Source of the DNA: Macrostomum lignano
Taxonomy: Eukaryota
NCBI GenBank assembly: GCA_002269645.1
Contig: NIVC01004204.1
Coordinates: 1 to 55,416, forward strand
Direction of reading: 5' to 3'
DNA length: 55,416 bases
Positions 1 to 13,835 of the stretch are shown here, one piece after another. The notes under the pieces are model-generated. The model searched no databases. It worked only from the letters and a program-made list of their open reading frames with translations, and was not told the origin of the DNA. Each line of letters begins with the position of its first letter. Within the stretch, counting starts at the first letter, position 1. The position numbers and the translations under genes were made by a program.

Positions 1-1230
1 ATAGCAATCCGACAGGCTCAAGGTCTGTGTCTCTCAGTCTCTCTCTATTGTGTTGAGCTTTTTGGATAGCTCCCGAGGCTTCTTAAGCGTACGGTACAGA
101 TAAAACTTAACATCTTTGCTTGGCTTATAGCCACAAAATCTTTATTTAATTTTTTCTTACGTGTAAAAAAATATTGAAAAAATATCTTACGTGTATTAAA
201 AATCAAAATTGTTAACTTGGTTGCCAGTTTATCCAATTTGGCCTTGTCGATCTATAGGCAACACCAATGGTAGATTGTGTTTATAGTCTTTGAAAAAAAC
301 ATATGCACAAGCACATTGTCTCATGAATGTACTTTTAGTAGCCTTAAATAATGATTTTGATACGCTAATTTTGAATTATGAGTGTACAGCGTGGGGCAAT
401 GTTAAAAAACTGCTTTAAATAGGCTTTCCCAAAGAGAAAAGAGGTCGCCTACTTATTGGGGTCCAAGGGTTTTTTAATATACCCACCCTCCACCTCCAAT
501 AACGACGCTGATTGATTTGTCTCTGGCAAAAGTAAGTAATTGAAGCAAAGTGAATGAGAAAAATTAATTAGCTAATATAGATGGGAAAATAGCATGTATG
601 CTTACAGATACCGTAAGACATTTTCTTACTGTGTACCCATATGTACTGCATTGTGCAAGAAGGAGGTTGATCAGAATCCGTGCGGGTGAGCCCGGCCGGA
701 AAAGCAAAAAAGCAAAAGTAATAAACAGGCAGTAGTGAAAGGGGAGGCATTGGACTTGCTTCTGGGTCTTTGATGCAGTTCCCGCTGGTAGAGACTGGCA
801 AAGTAATGGAGGAATGTCGCTGTCGTTTGCCAAAACCCGATGAGGCATTGTTGAATAGTGATGTAGGCTACAGCGAGCTCTAATGCCACCAAAGAAGTGC
901 TCCTAATGGATATTGACTCCTCACACTACAATATTGACTCCTAATGGAACTTTTATGTCAAAATTCAGCGAATATAGAAGAATAGGTTTGAAATATTGAG
1001 TTGTTTTGAACAGTTTGGTAATGCAACAAGTCTAATAAGCATTGGCATTCGTCACATATCCAAGTACCCACGTGTTGCCCTCAGAGGTGCACTGGCTTCA
1101 ACTTTTCGTCTTTATTGGCACCAATAACCAGGCGACCTCAATACTCTTTGGGCTTTCTTTTATTCAGTTCGAGCATTAGAGCGACTCAGTTAATCTTTAC
1201 TACTCCTCTTAAACTGCTTTCAAAGTCGTC

Positions 1231-2425
1231 TCAGTCCTTATAGCAGTAGCTGTCCAGTCGGTGAAAATCCTCCAAACGCAAAAGGCCGCTGCTGAAACCG
1301 AAGCACCTGATGCTGCCTTCAACTCCATCGCCCTCCAGACTGGTGCTTAGGCGCATATAGCTGAACTGGTCCAAGCTCATCGAGCTCATGGTAGTAACAA
1401 AAGCGCTCCCGAGTTCCAGCACGGATCCGTTAAAATAAAAGGCAGCAACTGACGTTCGGTTGAAGGACACCCCGACTGACATCTCGACAGGGTGGTGGCT
1501 GGTAGCAGCGGTCGTTGTTTTTGACACCCATCCCGTGAATGTCCGGCTGGCCACGGAGCTGGTGGCGAGACAGACAGCCTGCTTTTGACAGTTGACCAAA
1601 ATCCCGCCATATCCACCAAGGGTCTTGTTGGTGAATGAGCAATAGGTCCGGGACCTTAGATAAGAATTTGGTAGAGCGTGAATTTGATCTTTATGTAAGA
1701 ATAAAACTTTTTAGTTTGTCTCCATACAAGATTTTTGCTTACATAGAGTTGAAAGGTGCTCGGAGCACGGCATACAGAGAGAAGACGCCTCCATAGTTTA
1801 AGTACTGCTCAAAGCCGGGAGTCTTCACGCTCAAGTATGAACTCTGAGTGCCTTTGAATTTAGCGCCGTCGATACCCATGGTTACATTATGAGATTTCAG
1901 ACAATTGAGCCTTGGATTGGCTTCATTCACCAGGCCGCTCTTCTTGAATTTGTAAAACAGCTGCATCCTCAGTTCGGCGAACAGTGCAGATGAGCCATCT
2001 GAAGCGTGAGGCAGATGAGTGCATTCAGTCAGAAATAAGTCGCCACCAAAAAACTTATTCCAGAACTTTTACACATCGAGCTTACACTGGTTTCCTGGGT
2101 CAGCTGTGCTCTTAAACGAGAAGGTTTTGCAGTGGCCGGTTGTCCACTGAGCTGCGCCTCCGTCAGTGGCGCAGGCGTCACCCAGGTAACACAAAGGGTC
2201 ACCTTTGACTGGCCTAGCGAAGTGAAAGGCGTTGCAGCTCCTGGCCATGACGCACAGCATTGCGCAGCCAAACTCAGAGCCAAGCTTCTCGGCCCTCGGT
2301 CCGCCGATGGCAGCTGGACAGAGAGACTGCAGCTCGAATCGCAGGTTATGGAACGCTTGCTCGGTGGACTTGCTGTTCACTTTGACAAGCAGCAGCCAGT
2401 TGATAACGTGCCATAGCAGGTGCAT
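1231..2425 (-). CDS. Secreted PAN/Apple + LamG/ConA-like domain protein, paralog A (3 exons, ~339 aa)
   Basis: Exons 2425-2086, 1998-1743, 1654-1231 with GT-AG introns and consistent phases (1, 2). Hydrophobic N-terminus MHLLWHVINWLLLV. PAN-type Cys motif SEFGCAMLCVMARSCNAFHF...LCYL. C-terminal motifs AKFKG..SYL, FSLYAVLR, VGVSFNR..AFYFNG and GSIRCFGFS..L..ED..L match the LamG-3/pentraxin pattern (fold call is inference). Confidence 0.8.
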
Positions 2426-3207
2426 TATTTTAGCTTATTTAAAAATATCGTTTACACGAAAGTTTTTGGATTAGCCGCTGACTTGCGGTGCTGAGGCACA
2501 TTTATAGGAATATTACTCTACTGAGATGTCCAGTCACGGACAGCTGCAGCTGCTATTGGTCCATGCCAGAGCAGACTGAGATTGACGAGACCAGAAAACC
2601 TTCAAACTCGTTATAGAAATATGAGATAAAAGTGAGCACTGGGAGTCGTTTTTACTTTTAAAAAATGAATATTCTTTTATCATTGGAATGGGCCACTATT
2701 ACTGTATAACCAGCAGAAAGTTTTCACAATTAATTATTAATGTCGGTTCCTGCAACTGGCTTGTGCCCGAATCACGTGACAGGCTAGCTGCAGTTGTCGC
2801 TGACAGGGTGTCGATCATATCCCTCCCAGGAAAGCGGCGGGCGCTGAACGCCGCGCGGAGCAGAGACGCTTTGAACTACTGACTCTTGCCTCAGATGGAT
2901 GGACTGGCGGCACCTCAGGAGCATTTCCGCCTTTCCGCAGCTGTCAGCATCGTTGGGCACGTTTTCTTACGTTCTAAAAGTTTTTAACGTTAGATTTACG
3001 AACATAAAAATCCGCTGGATTTCAATTTGTCTCAAAATTTTATATCATATTTTTGTTTCCTTGAGGCGATTCAAGTTTGGCTTGGCATTTACCTTGCATC
3101 AATTATTCTTTGTCATACACGGTTGCATTTCAGGTATTTAGCGCAGGAATTTCAGCAGGAATCAAGGAAGTAATACGGAAGGCAGGCTATGATATACATA
3201 TTGCATA

Positions 3208-3357
3208 TCTATAACATGTCTATAGCACAGTTTTTATGTTACACCATAGGAATCAGAAATTGATATATCTGTAACTATATTCCAGTGTAGCATAAAAACT
3301 ATGTGCTATAGACATGTTATAGAAGTGCCATAGATGTGCCATAGATGTGCCATAGAT
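3208..3357. repeat. Imperfect inverted repeat (MITE/foldback-like) followed by an 11-bp tandem repeat
   Basis: Arm 3208-3244 (tctataacatgtctatagcaca-gtttttatgttacac) pairs with 3285-3323; gtgccatagat x3 at ~3325-3357. Confidence 0.6.
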
Positions 3358-4345
3358 ATGCCATTAATAACGTATAAAACATGAGGATGCCATAAAATTT
3401 CAATGTATTTTTCGATAGTCGAAACATTTTAAACGCCGATTCAAAAAAGGAATTGTCTGGAATCGAGCTAACCTGCATAAATGGAATATGTTCTCGGGCC
3501 TAATGGAATATTGGAATATCTAGATATTTTCTGTTCTGACTTGTTTGAGTGAGACTGAGCTCCAACTCTCAGGCCCGATACCTGCAGCCTCTTGCAGAAT
3601 TATTTATTCCTGAAACTCAAACAGCGATCCCTGCTAAAATCTCTGCTTGATCTCTGCTTGATCAGGGCTGGGAGAGGTTCTAGAATTATCCTCCAGTATA
3701 TGGCAATTGCTATCTAGCATGCAATTTATTCAATTAAATCAAGGATTTTATTTAAACAATACAGATGAGAGCAGAAGAGAAAACGGCAGCGCTTTTTCGC
3801 AGATGATGAAGCCGCTTAGAGAAGCTGGTGGCGACTCACTTTTCCATTTATTTTGCTTTGTTGTCGTTTCTATCTTCTCCGACTGTTCATCGTTTCCATG
3901 GGAACGTAATTTTCCATCAGTAATTTTATCTATTATAGAATTTCTGTTTAAATTTAACTGTTTAATTTTCAAGCGGATGCTTATTCCAAAGTACCTGAAG
4001 CTGTGTGAGTTCCCGGAATCGAATTAAATTGCATTTAGCAGTATTCTGCCATCGAGTTTCGTATAAAATACACTTAATCCCGTATTCTTGTGATATATGC
4101 TAGTATTCAGAGACTTTCGTAGGCAAGTTATTGTGCAATATAATATAACGACTCGTTTATTGCTTATGATAGCAATTGAAAACTCCAAGGCAGATCGAGA
4201 GTGACATTATAAAATTTCAGGGGTCACGAGAACTGTCTACGAGACTTCAACATTTTTATCAATTCTGCAATAAATTTTTTCATTACTTCTGTACACGTCA
4301 CTCTTGGCACGAGCAGCTCCAGGCCCTGTCGAGAACTCAATGTTG

Positions 4346-5944
4346 CTAGTCTTCATTGCAGTAGCTGTCCAGCTGCTGGATATCCTCTAGGAGCAGCAAA
4401 GCCAAACTGAAGCCGAAGCATCGAATGCTGCCGCCGGTGTCGCCGAAAACATCACTCGAGGAGAAACGCAAGTGCCGATAGCCCTGGTCAGGACGGATGA
4501 GAAGACTGCTTCCAAGTGAGTAGTTTGACACAGCCAACGCTGATCCATTGAAATAAAATGTTGAAATGGCGCTTTGGTTGAACGACACTCCGATGGACAC
4601 CGGGAACGGCTGGTCGCCAATCGCAGAACCCACTTCCTGCGACTTCAGAGTGATGGCATACAAGTTGTCGGGCTCTATCAGCCAGCCGAAGAATAGGCAA
4701 ATGCGCCGGCTTTGGCAGCTATAAAAAATCACTTGCGCGGCGGAGTCTTCAAACCTTGATGAAAAGTATACGGTTTAAAATAGATTACTCAATTGTTTGT
4801 TTAAGGTTTTTTGATATTTGTGACAGTCGACCCTCAGCCAGCTGTGAGTTAAACAGGTTAAAAACCATTTTCCCGACAGCTGAGCACTCACACTCACAAA
4901 GACTCACTGGCACACTCAATGGCCTTGAAGTTAATCAACGTCAGGCTTGTACACATTCTGGATCGGCTCACATAATCGTGAGTTACGAGCGTACATGGAA
5001 CAAGCCCCTGCTACGTGGACTAGACACGTTTTGATTTCATCTAAATGGCCTCACTAAATTTTCGCAGACCTAAACTCCTTCCAGTTTGCAGTCTCACGCA
5101 TTTACCCCGTCATGTCGAAGCTAAATTCAAATCAGTTGTATGAGAAAATGGTGACTGCAGTACGTGACAGCGAGTTACCTTCAAAAAGAGGCTTAATGTG
5201 ATCAACGCTGGTCTTACTCGAAATTTTATAGATTTTATCTAAGAAACACGGTGAAAGGTTAAACGCTCACTGGCAACGGATTGGCTTCCGAAGCACTGCA
5301 TACAGTGTATAGATGCCGCCGTAGTTCAAGTACTGCCCAAAATCGGGAATCTCGGTTTTCAGGAAAGAATCTTGATTGCCTTCAAACTGAGCTCCGTCCG
5401 AGCCTATGGTGACATTCTGAGCGGTCAGACAGTGCAGCCTCGGATTAGCCTCATTCACCGGGCCGCTTTTCTTGAATCTGTAGAAAAGTTTCATCTTTTG
5501 TTCAGCGAGTAGGCCAGGGGTGTCGCCTGAAACGAGTAGCAATGACTAAAATTTTACTAAGATTTAAGTTGAAAACAAAGCATGACTCATAGACCTCACC
5601 GGGATTCACATTGCTGGTGTCCTGGTACGAGAACGTTTTGCAGTGGCCGGCGTCCATTGTGCTGCACCTCCGCCAGGAGCGCAAGCGTCACCCAGGTAGC
5701 ACAAAGGGTCGCCTTTGACTGGCCGAGCGAAGTGAAACGCGTTGCAGCTCCGGGCCAAAGTGCACAGCATTGCGCAGCCAAACTCAGAGCCAAGCTTCTC
5801 GGCCCTCGGTCCGCCGCTGGCAGCTGGACAGAGAGACACCAGCTTGAATCTCATTCGTTGCTTTGCCGGTTGCTCGTTTGAGCAGCTGCTCGCGAGTGAA
5901 CCCAGCAGGAACAGGGAGCTAATGACGTACAACAATACTTGCAT
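4346..5944 (-). CDS. Secreted PAN/Apple + LamG-like protein, paralog B (3 exons; 1-nt frameshift, so pseudogene or consensus error)
   Basis: Exons 5944-5600, 5526-5271 (256 nt, as in paralog A), 4754-4346, with the same intron phases as A. The PAN domain is nearly identical to A. At ~5650 TGG ACG CC GGC CAC lacks one base versus TGG ACA ACC GGC CAC in A. Confidence 0.75.
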
Positions 5945-7291
5945 CTTCGTACCTCACTTTACTCTTCCAATTTTTTTAAACTATCGAATCGGTATCGGAT
6001 CCGTCATCCGCCTTTCTGCTCAGGAATTTATACTCGAGCGAACCGCCCAATGACAGATGGAGCTGACTTACAATTGGCTCATCGTTTTCACCTGACCTAT
6101 TGTTGGCTTTGGGGCTCTCAGATATTCATCTCAGAGACTGATTTTTTCCTCGCTACATGTACGCTCGTAATGGAACAGTCGGAATGAAAGTGCAGTTCAC
6201 TTGACTATTGAGTGTGTAGCGGGCTCCTACTGGCTTATTCGTCAATGCGAAGCTAGTTGGAGGAAAATTCGTGAAGAAATTCAAGAGAAAAAGCCTGAGA
6301 TAACGTTTCTATAAGGTCAAACACTAACCTGCAGCATGCAGTTTCTCACGGATTTATCGTTATGTCGGCGATATATAATGATAAATTTCGGGTATAACGC
6401 ACAATTTACCATATACAAAAGCTAATATAATCGTAGACTGCTGGGTTAAGGATTAATCCGACACCTTTTTTAGCTGGAGAAAAGAACTTCTGCAACTGGG
6501 ATCCCTGGAGCGGGCTTTGCAATTGGATGCACACAAATCATGTACATGTACAATATTAATATATAAACGTTACAATTGCAGTCAGAAAACAGCAATAAAT
6601 AACAGCAATAAAAATTGTCGAAAATTTGTGTCGAAAAATTTGAGAGGAAATCATTTAGTTCAATGATAATAACTGTGCGTTACTGACACCCGTGCCGCAA
6701 ATCGGGGCAAACAAATTAATAACAAATCAGAGGAGAGTCATTATAATCCGTTAAAACAAAAATAAATAAATCATGTCAAAAAATCGGTCAATTCAATCTC
6801 TGCTGCTCAGTCAAGTAAGTTTTCAGAATTACAGCAACAAAATCGAATTATTATCGAGATTTTTTGGGAATTTTTTTCACAAACTTCTAAATTTACCGAC
6901 AGGTCAAGAAAACTGTCTAAAGATTTATGGATGAAAATTGCTCCGTGAAAACAGAGTCGCATAATATCATTAAAAAAACAAAAACACCGCCAAGTTCTTC
7001 GCAATAACGCCCTAAAGAAACCTCTAAGATAGAAGAGGTAGCTACATTACATAGTTCGACGAAAAAATCTCAGAGAATGTTGAAGAACCAGTATAGAATA
7101 GAAAAGGTTGACTTGCCTAAACATAGTTGGAAGTTTAAAGGACAGTTCCAACCGTAATTTATCACATTTTAATAGAGAAAATATATCGCTGAGTTTTATA
7201 AATAGAATTGCTAAATATTTGCCATCATATAAGTTACATTTTTATTTTATAGATCTTCTTAGCAATGTCAGAGTTTGTATTTTTTGTTGTT

Positions 7292-10200
7292 TTAATTGAC
7301 TGCGGAAACAAGCCGGCGAGAGTTGAGGTTCGCGGCGGAGGCACTGCGGCCGTTCCTGGCCTGGTAGAACTTGTGCCCGGTGTCGTCTGTTTCCTTGTAG
7401 AGATAGCGCGAAGTCTCAGTGTCCAACAGCGCGGCTGGGCACGGCTCGATGTGCTTGGGCACGTACTCCATGCTGCGGGAAAGGTGGACAATCAGTGAAT
7501 ATAATGTGTTTACTATGCGCCTTGAAACGGTTGACGTCACGTTGGTTGCCTGTGATTTATTTGGATCTTATTAGCTCTTAATTCGAGCGCTAACTTTGGT
7601 GTCGACTTTCACTGTCAAATCTGGTTACCTGAGTTATCTAGGAGCTATTCTAGGGTTTAGTTTAGATACGGAGAGCTTAATTGGGCTTCGGAGTTGCGTG
7701 TAAAATGCCTTGTAGTTTAGATAATACGGCAGTCAATGACGTACGCATCGGAGGCGGTACGAGGCTGCGGAACCCCAATCACCCCACCCCACTAAAATGT
7801 ACTTTTCCAAATATTAAATAAAAGAGGTAATCAAACTGTACGAATGGCCCAAAATTTATCAACTTAAAAGACAGGGGTCGGGTTTCCACCTAAGAGATAG
7901 GGACGCAAATATATCAGGGTTTTTATCCTCCTACTGCGTGTAGATCACCGACATCAGTACTGGCTATCGTAAAAATTTCCGTAATATTGTTTGAGTTTTG
8001 AAATTTTGATCGAAATCTGATATTAGTAGCAGATCAGGCTAATCAAGAACTCACCGATAGAGTGTGGTTCCATCAAACGGCCCTTCGGTTCTGGCGGCGT
8101 CCTGCGACGGCTTAAAGCTGCGTCGGACGTCCATTGGGTGCGGCACGAAATGGCTGGCCGTGGTGCTCTGGCCCTCGAAGGGCGCTGAATTCGGCTGGTA
8201 GGTCTGGTTGGGCCCGACTTTCTCCCGGCCCGTGAGCGCCCACTTCTTGAAGTTGTCCCTGGATTCGGTGCGGCAGTTTCAGATTGCTTGTTAAAAATGT
8301 ACAATGTAGAAGTTTACCAATAGATCCTGGCCTATGGCGGATATAAATAACGCTTTTCGACACACATTTAACAGCTCAAAAGCAGGGGAAGATATTTTTT
8401 TGTTCATTTAGGATAATGCGATTACATTTAGTGTGCAATTTCTCCAACGTGCTGTTGCTGTGCCTGTACAGCATTTCGACGTTAGCGACGTCGTCCGACG
8501 TTAAAGACGCAGATGCTTTTACATTGCACTGTCATCCATTGGTGTAATATAAAAATACCAACTTGCGTCGGTGGATTTCGGAACGTTGCACGGAGTGCTA
8601 GAACGAAACTTTTTACTATTAATGCATTGAAGAGTTCCGATACGTTTATTATCAAAATGGACCCTTTAGGGTGTCAATATTTGGTTGCTATCAACACTAG
8701 CATTTCAATACTAGGGCCCCCAATTTTATGTCAGAGGGCTTAAAAAGCTTGTTGTCTGCCCTCAGGCGCACAATAGCTCGTAAAGACATCACGGGCACTC
8801 TACAGGCTATTCGTCCCCCTTATACTTCTTTCTATAAGTAGGCGAATTCAGAAATATAATAGTATATATTTACCCGTCTCCTGCAACACGGTATTCACTA
8901 AACAAAGCTAATTAAGTGGTATGCCAAAACTTTTCTAGACAATGTCGGAGCCACTTTCTACAGTTAGATATTCAGTATTCGTTTTTTTAAGTGGCGAGAC
9001 CATTAGCAAGATGGTTAGGCCAGAGTGGCGTGAGAGACTCGAATTGTTGGGTACTCATCGGCAACGCGTTAGACAACGAAAAGAGAACTGAGACGGTCTG
9101 CTGAGCAGTGAGCAGAGAGAGCACACGCGAGGTTTTGATCCGTCTTGATTGCCTCGCTTCTTTGAATAGAAAATGATTTTCTAAAGCCTCGGTGTGATAA
9201 GTAGCCAGGCACGGGTGGCCTCTCTTCTCTCTCTTGCATCTTTACTCTCCGTTCTCCCTTCTCTCTCCCCCACCCACTGGACCAGCTCAGTTCTGCCGGG
9301 CGACAGTCAACAATGAAAGCCATTCTTCTTTTTTGCCAGTTGCTCAGCTGCCTGCGGCTAAAGTTTGCTAGGATATACTGCGTATGGCTAAAGCTCTTGC
9401 AACCCATGGGTTCTGCTGTCTGCCTCTCCCCAAGTCTCACACCCGCCTTGCCAGATTGCAACCCCTGCTTGCACTACAAACAAGTAACAATATGGACATG
9501 CCTCTCAGTACAGTTGCAATGAATTGGTTGATTTTTTTTTGGTAACGACCAATAAAAGTACAGCTCCACTTCCCATGAAGCTGATTGGGTGAGAAGCAAG
9601 AAAAACAAACCTAAAAATTGCCCTAGCGACGTAATGGAGTTTTTGTATCCTTGGTTATAGGCTCGGAAAAATTACCGATACTAAGGCTTCTGTTTAAGTC
9701 GCAAGAAACGTCCAAGAGACCGAAAGACTTTAAAATGTGGGTTTATGCCGTAAGGGTTTACATCTGGTGTAAAAAAGGATTAAAGGTGAGGAAAGATGAG
9801 TCAAAGGTGAGGAAAACTCACTTGTAATCTGTGGCGTCATTGAATTCTCCGCTAGGTAGACCGCGCTCCGGCCTCCTAGTGTAGGTCTCCCTAACGACCT
9901 TGTGGGCTGGGTAGTCCTTGACGTAGGTCGTGGTGCCATCCACGTGACCCTCCGGGGGCACGTAGGGCTCGGCTTTATGCACGGCGTGACGCTGCAGCTC
10001 CCACGGCTTGAAGTCAAGTCGGTGCGTTGTGTCGTCTTTGAACGGCGCGTTGGAGGCAAACGCGGTAGCGTCCGGCTTCATCGAACTGCGGACCATCGCC
10101 GATTTTGGGGTGAAGTCGCGCGTGAATGTGCTCAGGCCATCGAATGGCGCCGATGGGCGCGCCCAGACCTGGCGCTCTTTCTCCTTGCGCCGCTCGAGCG

Positions 10201-12167
10201 GATGCGGCACAAAGCTCTGCCGGTAGTCGGTCTGGTTCTCCAGCGGGGCGGACGACATGCGAGCGACCTCGTTTGGCTTGCAGCTGGTGGACGGTCTGTG
10301 AGGAGCCAACGTTTGTTATCTGTGTGACAGGTCTCAATTTAGGGGATGTAAACTTAAGCTCCGGAATGAACCCCAAAAATAAGACACGAGACCAAACCGC
10401 CTGAAATCAATAACTTGCCCAAGGGTAAAGTTGAATAAAACGGGATTTCATGTCAACCTACAGTTCGTGTCTCACCTAGCCGTATCAGGAAGAAGTTGAC
10501 TGAGAAATAGTGTTGTAAACGAGCTCTAAAATATTCCTTCAAGTCTGCCTGATCGTGTGATCCTGTAGAATTCTTGGGTCCCATTCTACCGGTAACTGTT
10601 GAGTCGTCATACAATCCACGGTACTTCAGGCCCCAGTCCGGTGCTTAAGTTTATCCAGTACCATATTCGTGCTAATCATGTTTTAAAATCAAAATGAGTA
10701 AAAATTATAAGCCAGAAACGCTACTGAAGCAATGCATTTAAAGTGATTTCTGTTCACTGTTGAGTTTGGACTTGAATGTGATCGGCAGAAAGCCTATTTG
10801 AACCGTCAATCGATAAAATATTTAGTGATCGAGTGAGGCAGAAGCAACTTTCAATGCCAAGAAAAAACATTCTAAATATAAAAATAGTGTCCATATAGAA
10901 GGGATAATTTAAACCAACCTGAATTATGACCGCTGATAGTTCAGCATGTCATTAATAAGTCGATTATACTCTGGTTCAGGTAAAAGTGGATTTGTCTGTT
11001 CATTATCACATGATCGATTGCTGCAAGCTAAACTATTTTATTTAGAACCAACCTAATCGCCAATCAGCCCTTCTCACCTGCCCGGGTGGGCCACATAGTC
11101 GGTGGTGTAGGTAGGCAGGCCGCCGAACGGAGTCTTGGACGGCTCCCACTGCGGGTTGGTGCGGCTCCGCTCCAGCTTGGGCATGTCCCACTTCCGGTAG
11201 TCGTGCTTGTAGGTCGGCTCGCCGCGGAATTCGCCAGCAACGCCGCGTTTCACTTCGCGCTTAGCGGGCACGGCTCGGTCTGCCCGCTTCTCCGTGTACT
11301 CCTTGCTGTACATGGTGATGCCATCGAACTGGCCGGAGGGCGGCCGGTATTGTTCAGCCTGGTGCTGCTTCGGCCTGTCCAGCGGGTGCGGCACGAAGTC
11401 CACCCGGTGGGTGGTCTTATCGGACAGAGGGCCTTCGCTGCCGGCCGCTCGGACTGTCGGCTTGAAGCTGCCGACCGGCACGATGGCGTGTGGGATGAAC
11501 TTGTTGGTGTACTCGGACAGCTGGCAGGGGCCGTCGCGGATCGGGCGATTCGGGTGCAGCTTGCAGCGGTGCCGGCTGATAAAGTGACCAGAAAAAAATT
11601 GCTCATATCAAGTTTTAACCATTTAATTTTAATTTGTATTTGGCGTAGCTAATAAACTCAATTAAGGAATGCAAACAAAAAACAAATTAGGGGCTTATAA
11701 ATTCGTTTAATAATAAATAAAACCTTGTTTTTAAGTTTTAAATCAGACAGAAGTGAGAAATGATTAATTTAAGTGTATTTTTTCTGTCTATTATAAATTT
11801 AAATGCTAAAATTGAACCATTTTCACCAGTTTAATTTATATGGTTTTGTAAAATTTCAAATCATTAGTTCTGATAAATTTTGAAGAGTCGTGCCAGGCCA
11901 GGGAATGCATGTCTAACCATAAATTACTTAGAAAACAGCACAGAAATATAGAGGAAAATGGGGAGTCAAATAACCTATTTGGAATTAAATAATCTAAGGG
12001 ATAGTATAGGAATTTTGAAAATTCAGTAAAACGATATTTTACTTTTACTAAATTCTTTTTTCAGCAAAAATTTCTTGAAAGTCGAAAACATTAAGAAAAG
12101 AAAAATGACGTTTTGCATACCCGCAATTGCAGATTTGACAGATGCACTGTGTTGGTCTCGCAGACAT
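7292..12167 (-). CDS. SAXO: Stabilizer of axonemal microtubules (SAXO/FAM154 family), 5 exons, ~467 aa
   Basis: Exons 12167-12121, 11575-11078, 10295-9822, 8258-8055, 7472-7292; all four introns are GT-AG phase 2. N-terminus MSARPTQCICQICNCGRHRCKLHP is typical of FAM154. Repeated Mn-type motifs (PFDGLSTFTRDF, FDGITMYSKEY, PFKDDTTHRLDF). C-terminal CPAALL...YLYKETDDTGHKFY. Confidence 0.9.
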
Positions 12168-13835
12168 TATCGCAAGTAAAGAAAAAGAAAGCCTTGAAGC
12201 TTAAGAATTAAAAAACTTAAATAATTATGGTGGCGAAGATTGATTTTGTGCCGACCCGTATGTACTAGCTATTATACTTAATGATTTGCTTGCTTTCGTT
12301 TGAATAGCGATGTGATGTTTTACCTTGACAGCGAAAAAATACTTACTATTTAGGTGAAACTAATCCTAATATATTGATAACACTAAAAAATTACAAATTT
12401 ACACTGTAAATCTATTTTCTGGCGCAAATTTTTATAAAGATTAATAAATTTGTTATAATTATACCTTTTATTAAATCCGCTTGTTTTTACTTAATATATA
12501 CTTCAAGATTGCTTTCAATTTGAAAAAAAACTTTATCAATTTCGCATAAAATTCCTTCACTGATTTTTGCTTACAGTTCTCGAAATGATCATTTTTCATT
12601 ACAGCAATTGCTTTTAATCTACCAACAAAGTACTTAGGCACACAAGCTGCAGCTGTGCAGTGCTGTACTGGCACAGTAATCAAATCTATACAATTTTTGT
12701 ATTCTCATTCTCGAAATTTTTACATGTATAATGTGCCATAAAAGCCTAAGCAACAGCAGAGCTGCGTGCAGTCAGTTCCTGTGCTGATACTGTACAGTAC
12801 CCTTGACTCAGGGATTTACATATTCACAAATTTGAAAATTATTTTTATTTTTTTTAAAAACTAGCTCGTTTAAAAAATGCCTTAAGCAGAGCCCTTATTC
12901 CTTATTCATGAAAAAGGAAAAATGTTTACTTTAAAAAGGGGCCACTGCTGTGCTTAATTTTCGAAATACAAACACAAATCGTCTGGAGCTGCTTTGTCAA
13001 TCATGCAGTTTTCTGCATTGAAAGCGTTTTCGTTGTTTAAATATGCAATACATCTATTCTACAGGAGGTTGGTAACGTAGGCAACGTAGAAATGAAGCTC
13101 TACGTCAGCTACCTCTAAAGAGTTTTTTAACCTGGATAGTCTGTTCTTACAATAACCCTGTGTAGCTGAGCTTTCTCAATTTGCAGAGCTACACGGATGC
13201 TGCAGTCTGAATGTAAATGCAGTGGGATTTTCGAGACAATTGCCTGTTTCTGAGCCTCCAGGGCGCTTTAAAGACCATCAATTTGGAAACTACAATTACT
13301 TTATCTCATCGGTACTGTCATAATTTAAGCTATATGGCCGGCTACTAATACGAGTATACTCTCTCACTAATCTTGCTGTCAAGTTCTACCAGGGATTAAG
13401 AAATAATATAGTGTAGCGCGAATTTGTATTTATGCTACTGGTAGTAGTCTTAGTTTCAGAAAATGTCAGTAATATATTTAAAGCTTTCATACGAGTATAA
13501 TGTTTAAAGAGGCGTAGCGCTCGTGGGAAAGGATAAGTTTGTTTAGTTTCCTTTCCTTAATTCAAGATCGGGATCGTCAAAGTTTAACTTTCAGGTAAAT
13601 GAGAAGATGATATGATAATTTTTTAGCTTGTTGATGAACAGTCTTGGGCCAGTATCAAAGGGAGTCATTCATAAATTGTACTACGAAATTGTACTTCATA
13701 AGGAATAGCAGGGGAATCCGGGTGTTAAACTATCTTTTTTTGGAACAGCTTACTTTTCTTGGATTCCCGCCCTCGTTCTTTTATCTCCTAATTACTAGGC
13801 TTAGTGAATCCCAGGAAACGTGTTGGCAGCGAGCT

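Noticed and set aside
8251-8261. 11-bp match to the hairpin-family TIR (agttgtccctg) at the SAXO exon 4 acceptor
   Set aside because: No partner TIR or TSD; it encodes conserved-looking KDNFKKW, so it is treated as coincidence.
10405-10430. aacttgcccaagg, similar to a CORE-SINE motif
   Set aside because: Match too short, with no tRNA-like A/B boxes or tail found.
13073-13086. X-box-like gtaacgtaggcaac upstream of SAXO (and attgccctagcgac at ~9618 in intron 3)
   Set aside because: Imperfect matches, far from the ATG or intronic, with no paralog to test conservation; expected by chance.
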